Source: Jimgerdemannia flammicorona | Lineage: Eukaryota | Length of the DNA stretch: 33,993 nucleotides | NCBI GenBank assembly: GCA_003990765.1 | Contig: RBNJ01000290.1 | Coordinates: forward strand, 1-33,993 | Reading direction: 5' to 3' | Shown here: positions 11,451-23,500 of the stretch, piece after piece | How positions within the stretch are numbered: the first letter of the stretch is position 1 | Layout: the number at the start of each line of letters is the position of its first letter | The notes under the pieces: model-generated | What the model saw: only the letters and a program-made list of their open reading frames with translations | Told to the model about the DNA's origin: nothing | Database searches by the model: none | Program-made: the position numbers and the translations under genes

Positions 11451-13850
11451 CTAAACATCAATAGATTGAACCATACTTTGAGAAATATGGCAATGTAAAC
11501 GATATTTTTTTACTACATATTCTGCAGCAGCTAAAGTAAGTTTCTGCCAATATATAATTATAGATTTTTGACAATAATATGCATATTTTCAGATAGTAAG
11601 AAGGTCAATAGATATTAAAGCTTTAGGAATATTTTTCTTCAGTCCTATCCATGTATAGTCACAATGAATTCTAATTATTATAATTAACAAAATATTAATA
11701 TTAATATTCTAATTATCATATTTATTTGCTAATTTAATAGATCTATATATATACATATCTGCAGTATAGTTTTACAGTACTCTAAAAATGTTCAATGTAA
11801 TTTAATTCACAATAAAATTTTGGATAAAAAATACACTTATGACCTAAGGCTTCAATGGTCTCTTGAATAAGTAGTTTTTATACTATAAAGTTCTCTTGAA
11901 GAGACATTATTTTTTCAGCACAACAATTGTTAGTCTTGTATACTTCTTGACATCTTGCTAATATTTTTTCTTTTGGCTATAGACCTCTTTCTTTAAGTAC
12001 TACTTTTAATCCTTTTGCTTGACCTTAAAGATTTTCATCAGAATAATCAGATGGAAAAACCATTTCTTGTAAAATACCATTATATGTTATAGTATACATC
12101 AATGGTTGCTTTCCACCTAGATTAAGATTCATCTTATGAGCCAGTAGAGCATCTGAGACATATATTGAGTATCCTTGACTATTGTCAAATGCAAATACTC
12201 CAATACAGTTTGGGTGAACTGCTTTGAAAATTGAAATTGCCATTGTTATAATCTAAATATTAAATAAATAAAAATAAAAATTTTGTTTTGAGTATACATT
12301 TATATTCTGAACAATATTCAGCAGTAAAAGGCCTCCCATCGACCATTCTCTGCCATTGAGTCTCTATCAGTGGTTCTCTACCATCAAGCCTGCATCAATT
12401 GTTCTCTACTATTGATTCTTTATTAATGAGAATTTACAATGAAAATTCAGCAGTGATAAACCTCTATTAACTATTCTCTATCATCAAGCCTTTATTATAT
12501 ATATATATATAATTATAAAATATATTTATCTATTGAAGTATATCTTCATCAGTCCAATATTCTTCATGATTTTTGCCAACTTCAAATAAAATACATGCCT
12601 CTCTTGGAAATATTGCTATCATTTTTGAATATTTTTCTTCAAGTATAGCTAGATGTCCAATAGTATCTAGAAGAAATTCACTCACCATTAAACCAGCATC
12701 TCTACTTTTTTTTCTCAAAGGTTGTTCTTCTTTTGGTCCCCATCTATATCTAAGATCATCATTAGTATTGAAAACAGCTTCATCATGAGTAATTAAGATA
12801 TGTTGTTCTCCAAATAGAATGTTGTATGGTAATGGTTGAAGATCTTGATCATATTTAACCATTAATGATTCCCATCCAGCTAGTTGTTGTAAGAATTATT
12901 GATAATGAGCTTTAACATCTTTATGTTTATAATCATCAACATAAATTCCTTTTCTGCATTTGCTGTAAACATATTCCATTTTGATCATCCATCTTCTTAT
13001 AGTTTCTTTATGAATAGTTGTCACTTTTATTGATAGATTAAGTGCTGGAAAAATTTCTATCTCCAAATGTTTTTTAAGTGTTCTAGGAGTTGCTGTAAAT
13101 TTGTTATCTTGTAAATAAGTTATAACTGCATGTTGAACATTTATCTCTTCAAGAAGACTTTTAACTTTTGAATGTTTTTCTTATTTGATAGTAGAAACAA
13201 GTCATTCATCAATCCAATCCTGTCTCCATTTCTACAAAAGTTTTGCATAATAATATCCATAGTTGACACTTTCTGTAATAAGATTACTGATCTCAAAATT
13301 ACTATGAGATATGGTGAAGTCATAAAATCATAGACAGAGAGAGATCTTTTGTTGTTTTTATAAAGTTTTGTAGTACCCCAATATGAATATCATCATTGTC
13401 ATCATCATCACTATCTTCTTCATAGTTATCAATTTCATCTTTATCTTCAATATTATTATCTTCATCTTCATCATCCTCATCCTCATCCTCAGTATCATCC
13501 TCACTATTGTCAACTTTCTTCTCTTTCTCATCCTTATTATTATCTTTTTCTTCTTTATCATTCTTGTTTCTATATATAACAAATTAATTATATTATTAGA
13601 TTTTATATATATAACTTTTTTTTTTTTTAATTTCTATATAGATTAATAATTTACTTTACATACTTTAGTATATTTTGGTTGCTACTACATTCAGATGGTA
13701 GTGGTAATAGTGATGGGGAAGTACAGAGAGTTGAAAGACTTGAAGATTGCAAAGAAATTGCCTTATACATATCCTTAATAATTCTTCATCTTTTCTAATA
13801 TCATATCTCCCTCAGCTGAAGTACTTGTTTTGTCAATCATCTCATTTATA
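11451..13850 (-). pseudogene. Intron-containing DDE transposase pseudogene (IS630/Tc1-like, long D-E spacer); further small 5' exons may extend to ~14840
   Basis: Motifs in order: an acidic tract (13380-13570), KHSKVKSLL, ETIRRWM, KGIYVDD, ITHDEAVFNTND (D1), QPLRKK, GKNHEEYWT, FAFDNS (D2 at 12184-12186), GGKQP, KGLKVVLKERGL, GHKCIFYPKFYCELNYIE (E at 11791-11793), CDYT, AEYVVKKY, then a stop at 11451-11453. Introns inferred at ~11672-11758, 12253-12529 and ~13570-13665. Many TAA/TAG/TGA stops sit at expected Q/R/W codons. Confidence 0.88.
12318..12493 (-). repeat. Same modular array, reverse orientation, inside transposase intron 12253-12529
   Basis: gaccattctctgccattgagtctctatca...gagaattt...aattcagcagtgat is the reverse complement of the modules. 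Confidence 0.85.
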
Positions 13851-13898
13851 CTGTAATTATAATATAATATAATATAAAGGTTAACATAAAAGGCTTAT

Positions 13899-14622
13899 AG
13901 AATTCTCATTAATAGAGGCTCAATAGTAGAGAACCATCAATAGAGGCTTGATGGTAGAGAGTGGTTGATGGAGGCTTGATGGCAGAGAATAGTTAATAGA
14001 GGCTTAATGGCAGAGAATGGTCAATGGAGACTTGATAGCAGAGAACTGTCAATAGAGGCTCAATGGCAGAGAACTGTTATTGCTGCTGAATTCTTATTGA
14101 TAGAGACTCAATGATAGAGAACCATTATAACTACTAAATTCTCATTAATGGCAGAGAACTGTCAATGGAGGATTGATGGCAGAGAACCATCATTGCTGCT
14201 GAATTCTCATTGATAGAGGCTCGATGAGAGAGAATGGTCAATGGAGACTCAATGGCAGAGAACTATCATTACTGCTGAATTCTCATTAATGGAGGTTTGA
14301 TGGCAGAGAATAGTCAATGGAGGCTTGATGGCAGAGAACAGTCAATAGAGGCTTGATGACAGAGAATGATCAATGGAGGCTCAATGGCAGAGAGCAGAGA
14401 ACAGTTAATAGAGGCTTAATAATAGAAAACTATCATCACTGCTGAATTCTTATTGATGGAGGCTCAATGGTAGAGAACCATCAATAGAGGCTCAATGGCA
14501 GAGAACAGTTGATGGAGGCTCAATGGTAGAGAACTGCCATCACTGCTAAATTCTCATTGATGGAGACTTGATGGTAGAGAATAGTTGATGGAGGCTTAAT
14601 GCCAGAGAACCATTGATGGAGG
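13899..14622 (+). repeat. Same modular array, forward orientation, filling a putative intron (13851-14630)
   Basis: The 28-bp period is visible (unit starts at 14314 and 14342), interspersed with the 20-bp GAATTC module. On the minus strand it is bounded by GTAATG (14630) and TTACAG (13851). Confidence 0.92.
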
Positions 14623-14843
14623 ATCATTACTTGTTATAGCAAAATCCTTCTTGCTAATAGTATTGATACAGCAGCATTATAGGCATAGTTCCATCTAGCT
14701 GATATATATATATATATGTAAGATTATATTTTTACATATCTTGTTTGAAGTATAGATAGGTAGGTTTGTAGGTGTATAATTAGTATCAATAAATTTTGAC
14801 ACAAATCAATATTTCTAAGTCCAACAGAACAGATAAGTATCAG

Positions 14844-15612
14844 TGAGCCTCTATCAATAGTTCTCTCCATCAATCATTCTCTACTATTGAGCCTCCATCA
14901 ATGAGAATTCAGCAGCAATGAGCCTCCATTGACCATTCTCTGCCATCAAGCCTCCATCAACTGTTCTCTACTATCGAGCCTCCATCAACTATTCTCTGCC
15001 ATCAAGCCTCCATCAACCATTCTCTGCTATTGATCCTCCATTGACCATTCTGCCATTGAGCCTCCATCAATGAGAATTTAGTGATGATGGTTCTCTGCCA
15101 TTGAGCCTCCATTGACCATTCTCTGCCATTGAGCCTCTATTGACCATTCTCTGCCATCAAGCCTCCATCAATGAGAATTCAGCAGTGATGATGATTCTCT
15201 ACCATCAAGCCTCCATTGACCATTCTCTGTCATCAAGCCTCTATCTGAGAATTCAGCAGTGATGAGCCTCCATTGACCATTCTCTGCCATTGAGCCTCCA
15301 TTGACCATTCTCTGCCATCAAGCCTCTATCAATGAGAATTCAGCAGTAATGACAGTTCTTTGCCATTGAGCCTCTATCAATGCAATGAGAATTCAGCAGC
15401 AATGAGCCTCCATTGATGGTTCTTCGAGGCTGAATTCTCATTGATGGAGGCTCAATGGCAGGGAACTGTTGATGGAGGCTCGATGGCAGATAGAGGCTCA
15501 TCACTGCTGAATTCTCATTGATGGACATCAGCAAGCCTCCATCGACAGTTCTCTGCTAGCAGTCCTCCATCAATGAGAATTCAGCTTCCATCGGCAAGCC
15601 TCCATGAGGATT
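14844..15612 (-). repeat. Same modular array, mainly reverse orientation, with a short forward block at ~15428-15527
   Basis: gagcctccattgaccattctctgccatcaa and gagaattcagcagtgatga repeats. The orientation flips at ~15425 and flips back at ~15530. Confidence 0.92.
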
Positions 15613-16559
15613 CAACAACCAATATAATATATATAATATATAATAGAGTCTAAAAAATGATCTTTTTAGTTTTTTTAGTTGATATTTATCACTAATGTAT
15701 GACTGCATTTCATTTTTTAAAATCGACTGTGACGAGTATAGGCGTGGTGCACTATACAAATGAGGAATACCATTAGCAGCTCCACAGAATAACAACATTC
15801 CTAAAGTTAACCTCTCAAAAGTAATTTAAATCAAGGAAACGTATAATTATCCAAAGATAACAAAGTACGGATTACAAGCAATCCCACCAGCCTCCCCGCT
15901 CCACCATAGTTTGCAACGAGTGATTCCCCCAAAGGTAATTTCAGACTGTTCAGACTTGGATATTGTTGATCATCTACCGTCATCTCTTTTCTCGCCTTGC
16001 CGCCAACACGTTGAGCGTTGCCTTCATGTCCGTGATTGGCGTTTTCATGTCGTCTAAAAAGAATTAAGAATAACAAATTTGAGACCATGTCCATCTCTAA
16101 TGCTCGTAATTATAAAGCTAGTACTGATACATGCTCCATTATTTCAGACTTACTTTTTCCTCCTCCGAAATTGAGCACATGACGACGCTTTCGAGCTGAC
16201 GAAATTCTGTCATGTCATCTGGTCCAAGGAAGATAATCCTGTCTAGAGTGTAGGTCAACACTCTATTTGTAACGTGGCCATTGTGTGTCATTGGTGTCCG
16301 TACATTTCGAAATTCGAAAAGCTGCTCGTACATATGTTCGTCACCTGAAATGAAATAAAGAAATTTAGAAGTGTTCCCACTATTGACGCTTGCAAAAAAC
16401 GTTGCGTACCTGGGCGGGGGTCAGGAAGTGTTTGCTTGAATGTGGCATAATTATGTAAAATGCATTTGATTGCTGCGTCCGGTGACCATGCTCTCAGGGC
16501 AGTCGCACGAATCCCTTCGTTATTCTCCCTGACGCAGTTGATATTGTACCATGTTACAA

Positions 16560-16712
16560 AGCTTACGGCCATTCCGTGTCCTCGTCTCCATAATAATGCC
16601 AGAACGGGCATGTCGTGGTCGCGATGTTGCTTGTGGCCTCGGAGCGGACGCAACGACAAAGAAAACGATGGAGACACACCGCTTCACCTTGCTGCGCAGT
16701 AAGGGCGACAAA
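16560..16712 (+). pseudogene. Ankyrin-repeat gene fragment, frameshifted and truncated at a CpG-depleted block
   Basis: Across frames it reads CQNGHVVVAMLLV / LGADA / NDKENDGDTPLHLAAQ*G, matching the ankyrin consensus (G.TPLH.AA..G, LL..GAD.N). Confidence 0.75.
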
Positions 16713-16715
16713 GAA

Positions 16716-17575
16716 ACCCCTGAACAAGAAGTCCCTGAACAGGAGGAACTCTCAGAACTTATCCCCTGGAATAACTCTCACTGGACACCACCAGAAGATG
16801 ATGACCCCTGGAATGCTGAAGAAGGACCAAGCATAGTTACTATTACCCTAAGATGAGAAATATACCAGGAAAGTGCCTTTCAGCTAAGAAGATACCAGCA
16901 TTAAAAGGTCTTCTGCTCTTTCCAAAACTACTGCTATTAGTGCCACTTATTGGACCAACAAGAAAGACAGAGACACTGCAGACTAGGATCCCCAATCACA
17001 ATTATGTAGATAACCACCCTCTAAGAAACCACTATAATGTTGAAAAGATGAGCTAATGTATAAGATCACTTCACCTGAACAGAAGTACAGCCCTTATGAT
17101 AAAGATAGATACTGATTCCTAAGATAGTAAGAAGTCAATAACTAAGAACTATATTTTCAAGCAATGGGATATTGCAATTATGAAAAATACTCAGATTGCT
17201 GAGATTGTCTATATCAGAAGATTTATTTCAGCCAAGATATTACTATATATATACTGAAGAAAGGAGATAACAGAGCTCAGATATAAAGAAACCAGGCCAA
17301 GAAATCAAAGAAAAAGGCTCTTAAGATCTATAATCTAGGAAATGATATCTTAGTTCTTATTAGATATAAAATCTGTTAAGGATGGATAGAAGACATCATC
17401 AGCTTTATAGAAGTCCTAGATTCTATGAGAAAAAGAGGAATCAATTATCTCTGAGATCCCTCTACTGGAGCCAGATGATGGCACCTCAATCTTAGAGTCT
17501 GGGAGCTCATATTCATTAGAGCCTCAGCCCAAGAACAATCCAAACTCATTGAACTTATTACCCAATATATTTTGT
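16716..17575 (+). mobile_element. CpG-depleted, A-rich degenerate coding segment, possibly the pre-RT part of a Ty3/gypsy polyprotein
   Basis: A long frame interrupted only by C>T-type stops ends in QEQSKLIELITQY, which resembles the segment preceding gypsy RT. No diagnostic motif was seen. Confidence 0.3.
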
Positions 17576-19110
17576 TACCATTTCTTTCTCCACTAACATT
17601 CACATTACACAAACTTCACAACATACTCTTGAGCAGTTTATTGGAGAAAGATACTAGTAATATAGTAATAAATAAGTAATTTTATAGGTATACTGTATTG
17701 AGAGGGCCTGGGGCATTTAACTAGCAATATATTAAGAAGAACTATAGTATAGAAATGGAGTTCTTTGGCAATACTGGTGGTCAGGAAAGAGTTGACAGAA
17801 GTTGATAGCAGAGATTAGTTAGCAGGAGGTTAGGTCAGATGAGCTTTGTAGAGAAGATAAAGACAGGTAGCTGGTCTGGAGATATTAGAGATAGGAGATA
17901 GAAGGAGAAGAAGAAGTCAAATACTGAGAGAGCTGGGGGGTCACTGTTAGATAGAGCAGGCATAGGGGCTGGGAGAGCTATTGCTGGAAGCCATTAAGTA
18001 ACTGCTGATAGTAATATAATAAGAGATCTGAAAAAAAAAAATCCAGATATAACTACTGATGATAAGGTTGAGTATATTGGATATATAAGGAAAGAAATCT
18101 AATAGATAGTATAATAGGCCTAGTAGTAGTTCTAGTACTCAAGAAGTTGATCTCAGAATTTACAATTATATTGTACTTCTAGAGGCTAGCAGTAATAGGA
18201 AAGATGGTCTTGAGATAAATTGTAAACTAGCTGACTAGTACTGTCTTAATAAAGTTTCTATATAAATTGGGGGAAGTTAAGATAGAGTTTGAGGAGGAGA
18301 GGCCTTTGATGAAGGCCATAAAGACTGAGTTGTTAGTTGAGAAAATAGTACTGATGGCTCAATATATAAGGTGAGATCTGAGAGTAATTTAGCTACTAGT
18401 GAAAGAAATACCTATAGTGATAACCATCAAGATGAGGAGGAGAATAAAGAAGATCATGAGAGAGTATAGAGAGATAGTAAATGTTAGATTTCAGATATAG
18501 GAGGAGACTATATTTAGGATAAGAGATATAGATATATAAATTTAGCTTACAGAAAAGGAGAATACTGAGAAGACTAGGGACTGGTCTTTAGTACTGATGT
18601 GAGATATTTTTACTTATAAGATAATGAGAATGAAAGAGAGTAAGAAGGAGGAGGAGAATTTGTTAAAGATTCTGAAAGATTTCAGTAGAGTAGTAAAATG
18701 ACAAGTAGTGGTATAGTGAGTTTATGAGACTTTGATATACTTAGAGATAATAAATGACAAGATGATTTAGATAGATAAAGTGATGTGAGAGAAGGATTAG
18801 AGGAGAAAGAGATAGAGAGATCTGCTGGCTAACCTGAAGGAGAGGCTGATGACTAGGGCTAGAGACAGTTCAGGAGGAGTAAAGGTAAGTAATTGGACTG
18901 AATATGATATGGAAGAGAAGGTGGGGGATAAGGTGCTAAGATGGGAGACAAGAAGTCAATAGCTCTATTATGATAGTATGCTTGAGATCTGGAAGAAGGA
19001 AGAGGAATATTTAATATAAGTAAATATTTAGAAGAGGAGAGATGTGGAGAATATAAAGATAAGAAGCATACACAGGGTCTGGTTTGGGGTACCAGATATA
19101 GTAAAGAGTG
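17575..19110 (+). mobile_element. 5' part (5'UTR and ORF1) of a LINE related to the copy at 20570-25518; heavily mutated, 3'-truncated
   Basis: Collinear similarity: 17998 gtaactgctgatagtaatataataagagatctgaaaaaaaaaaatccagat vs 20914 gtaactgctgatagagctgtaactagggatctggaaaaaaatccagat; 18562 gactagggactggtc vs 21435 gacaaggaactggcc. Confidence 0.75.
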
Positions 19111-19117
19111 AGCAGTA

Positions 19118-20350
19118 GTCAGAGTAATAACTAATCATACTGCTCTCAAATAGTAATTTAACTATAAGAAACTATTAGAATTCTTGTCTACTAGATTCTT
19201 ATTTTACAGAATTACAAAATCACTATTATTTACAAATCAGAAAAAGCTCATAATAATATTAATGTACTTTTCTATCAGTCTCAATAAACCAGAAAAAGAA
19301 TGTATTAAGGAACTATACTCTAAAGAAAGCTTCTATAACTATTAAAGTACAAGAAGATCTCATCTGATAAGAATATTAGAAAGCTCACTAAAGATAAGTA
19401 AACATAGAAGAAAAGTTATAAATAATATACTAATACTGACTCTACCTCTGAATACAAGTCTGAGACATATTCAAGAAATGTAACATTTACTAGAAGTATT
19501 AAGAAAAGAAGAACTATCAAGTATTACTACAATCAATCACATCATTAGTCTATTTCTTTCAAAGATAGAAAGTAGATATTATTAGATCTTTGCCAGTTAT
19601 ACTAAGAAGAAATAAATATATTCAAATATTTATAGAATATCTAACTAAATGACCTAAAGCTTTTTCAATAGAAATTGCTGATGTCTTAACTATTATAGAC
19701 CTCCTCTATAGCCTCACACTCAGATATAAACTCTCAGAAGAACTTATTTCTAACTGAGATATAGAATTCATTAATAATATAATTATAAATTATACCTGAA
19801 TTTACAAGATTCACCTCAAATGAACAACATCATACTACTCTCAAACTAATAGTATGATAGAATAAATAAACCAGACCATTAAGAAAGAACTTTTCTCTAT
19901 CAATTCTACTAACTAAGACCTCTGCTTATCTGAAATTCTATGAGAAATTCAGAACACCCCTATTACCTCTATCAAATAAAAGTCATTTAAGATGATATTT
20001 ACTAAGAAGACTAGAACTGTTAATTATGAGAATCTTGGAGACCTCCTCAAAAAGCCAGAACAATTGTATAATTAAGCCTGAGCTCAGATAATCAAGACCC
20101 AGGAAAGACAAAAGAAGTACTATGACCAGAAGCAGAAGGATTAGAAGATTCAGATTATAGGTCAAGGAGAAGTATGATTGAAACAAACTTTGCTACCAAA
20201 ATAAAGCTTAAATAGAAAGAACCTTATCTTGTATACAATATCAGAGAAACTAGTATCTATTTGAGAAGTATAGATAGATGTACTCTGAAGACTCCAGTCT
20301 ATATCAATTATCTTAAGATATATCTGTCAGTTCCCTTGCCTCAGTTCTGA
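19118..20350 (+). mobile_element. Ty3/gypsy pol fragment: RNase H C-terminus and integrase (decayed)
   Basis: VITNHTALK, ILQNYKITIIYKSEKAHNN (cf. VITDH.ALKWL, YKPGK.H.NADALSR), then IEYLTK*PKAF, ELISN*DIEF and TTSYYSQTNSMIE*IN (rve core). Confidence 0.8.
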
Positions 20351-20569
20351 GAAATCAATAGAACCCACCTTTAACAGATTCAGATATACTAAAGAAACCA
20401 TATCTTAGTAGAATGCTTACTATAGATTTATTAACTATAGACTTATTATATAATCAGCCAACTACTGTAAAATCTTCCAATCTTAGAACAGATCTATATT
20501 TGCAATACTACTGGTCTATCTCAAAGAAATACTACTGATCTATTTCAAAGAAATATTACTACTACTGAC

Positions 20570-23500
20570 AGACTATCAATATAGACAGCAATGAGCATAC
20601 TGATGGGTATACTGGCCAGGGAGACAGCAGTGCCTTTGACTGACAGTAGGTCAGAAGGAGGTGAGGAGATTGTTTGGAGATGTCAGAGCCCCCAAGGGTT
20701 GGCCATGGTATTGGTGGCAGAGGGAGGGGTGGAGTGAGGCAACAAGGAAGTGGGAGGATGATCTTTGCTGATAAGGTTAGGATGGGGACAATGATATCAG
20801 GTCTGGATAGTTGGTTGAGACTGAGGAAAGTATTGACAGCTACAGCTGGGGGACAGAGAGGGGCCCTCATAAGAGGGACAGGCAGTAGAGGGGGGGGAGT
20901 AGGGCTGGGGGTGTAACTGCTGATAGAGCTGTAACTAGGGATCTGGAAAAAAATCCAGATGTGACAGTTGTTGGTAGATCAGAACAGGGGAAGAGCATGA
21001 GGCCTGAAGACCTGGCCAATGGCATGATGGGTATGGTGTTGACACTATTACTCAAAAAGTAGAGGTCAGAATTCGCTGTCACATTGTACTTCCAAGACTT
21101 GGTGGTAACTGCAAGGATGATTTTGGGGCTGGTGGTATAGGAGGTGAAGGGGGTGGCTTCAGTGAAGTTTTTGAAGAGAAAAGAAGAGGGTAGTGGTGGG
21201 TGAAGTAGTGGTTCCTATGGCCAGGTGTATGTGCTGGAACCCTTGTATAGTGTAGTTGACAGTATTGAATCTTCTGATAGTATCAAGGGAGAGAGCCAGG
21301 GAGCTGATTGTGGAGGTGGTCAAAGAGTATGGAGAGATTGTGGACATTGGGTTCAGAGTCTGAGAGAGTACTGAACTCAGGACTAGAGACATTGATGTCA
21401 GGGTGAGGCTGGCTGGGAGAGAGAATACAGAGAAGACAAGGAACTGGCCAGCAACTCTTAAATGGGGACTGGTTGAATGTAAGGTTGTCTGGGTGAAAGA
21501 GATACAAGAGGAGGAGGAGGACTTGCTGGAGGCTCTTGAAGATCTGGCAGGAGCAGTAGAGAGGAGGAGATTGGCTTGGAAGGAGTATGAAGCCAAAACA
21601 GTAGTGGAGATTGTAGATGAAAAGAGGGTCAGGATGGACCAGATGGCCTGAGAGAAGATGCAGGGGAGGCAAATCCAGAAGGAGCTGTTGGAGAAGTTGT
21701 AAGAGAGTATGGTAGATATTAGTGTAGGAGAAGATGGTACTGGATAAGAGAGTGACTGGGCTGGGGAGTACTGGACAGCTCAGAGTGTGGCCAATGGTAG
21801 ACTGAGTAAGGAGGGATGGAGAGGCACAATGGAGGATGCAGAAATGGATGAAGAAGTGCATCCTCAGTATAGTGTTCTGGGCAGAGTGAGGGGTGAGGAG
21901 GAGCTACTAGATATACTAGAGGAGGAGTGAGATGAGTCAGTGAGGAGGAGCACTTTGGTGGTCTCTGTGGTGGGGGTCGAAGGGATCACCCAAGGTGTTG
22001 TAGAGGCAGTGGATGAAGAGAAGTAGCTGTGGAAGGCTCTGGAGAGAGTGGTGGCAGAGGAGCTGAGGGGTGAGGATTTCTGGATTTTGAGTAATAGGTA
22101 TTAGGAAGAAATTCTCCATGGTGAGAAGGTGTCAAGGAAGATTAGGAATGAGATCCTGGCAGTACTCTTGGAGTCAGTGGAATATCAGATAGATGATCAG
22201 AGGTAGGAGGCCCTTTGAAGGGCTGCAGATGACTGGGCAGCATACTTGTAGGGGTCAAGGAAGGGGCTGGAGAAGTGGAGGGTGGTGTGTGAGAATTATC
22301 AGATAGCAATAAAGGTTGTGGATGGGACAGAGTATCAGGAAATATTAGAGGAAATTGATGCTCAGGCTGTAATAGAAGATGAGGTAGAGGCAGAGTGGCA
22401 TTTGGATCTGGTTAGTAACAGGATGAGCATAGAATACTAGATGGGGTTCTCCTTATCAAACATTATTCAATATGAACAATATAACTTATATTTTTTCTTT
22501 GAACATAAATAGATTGAGGGGTGCAGCATGGTGAAGGAATATCTTTGGCTGGTTGAAGGGGCTAAATGTAGATCTCTTCTTACTACAGGATATATAGTAT
22601 GAGACAGAAATGGATTTACAGAACTGGACTAGAGAATGGAGTGGAGCAGCTGTGTAGACAGGGTGGGTGGACATTCTGGTTTGAAAGGAGATGGGGGACA
22701 TTGGGAACATTGGACACTGGGAGAGTAGGTTGGTATAGAGAGTAGAGAAGAGGCCTGGGTGGAACCTTTTAACAGTAGGGTCATGTTGTTGCCTGGCTGA
22801 GAGGGAGGAATGTATAGATTGGATCAGAGACTTGAGAGAAGCTAGAGTTATGGATGAGGTAGGGATTGATTGTCTGGGGGGGAATTTTAATATAGTATAT
22901 GATAGTAGGGTGGACAGGACTGATGGAGAGAGAAGAATGGAGAGCAGAAGTAGCAGGCTTGAAGATTAAATAGAGATAGAGAGATTGAGCTCCTTGATTG
23001 ACTCAGAGTGATGGTTTTGGGTGGATCACTGAATTTATACTTACTGGTTAGCAGGGCTGGGCTCCAGAATTGACTGGGTACTGATGGCAGAGTACTGGGG
23101 AGTGGATGTCTAGAACATACTGGAGGTGGTTTGGTGCCTGTGGTCAGATCACTGGGGTCTGATAGGGAGTGGGAGATTTGGGGGAAGTGGAGATGGGCCT
23201 GGATATTAGCAACTAAATTCTTCTTTGTTGGAGGATGGTTCCTTATAGTCAGATTGAGAGGTGGAAGTTATTGAGAAGATTGGTAGGTGGTGGAAGCAGG
23301 GATTAGTGATTAGAGACTGCTGGCAGCAGTTGAAATCAAGTGCTCAGAGGTACTGGAGGGAGGCAGGGAAAGGAAGGAGTGCTCAGTGGTAGTAGTGAGT
23401 GCAATGGGCTTTATAGAGATTGGTGGCACTTCTGGGGAGGTGGGTGGGGTTGCTGGAGGATTAGGGGGGGGCTGATTGGCAAATTCTGCAGATACAAAAG

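Larger units (their letters stand above)
9771..15756 (-). mobile_element. Full-length but decayed IS630/Tc1/mariner-superfamily DNA transposon (~6.0 kb)
   Basis: Terminal inverted repeats tatagtgcaccacgtctata (9771-9790) and tataggcgtggtgcactata (15737-15756) match at 19/20, and the outer TA is the probable TSD. They enclose a DDE transposase pseudogene and coincide with the switch from CpG-rich to CpG-poor DNA. Confidence 0.88.

Noticed and set aside
13358..13646. ORFs 13358..13582 (-) and 13383..13646 (+) resembling basic or membrane proteins
   Set aside because: They are alternative-frame and antisense readings of the transposase's Asp/Glu-rich tract.
10190..15612. CRISPR-like appearance of the GAATTC-containing repeats
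   Set aside because: There are no unique spacers, since the intervening sequence is made of the same modules. There are no cas genes, and the context is a eukaryotic transposon.
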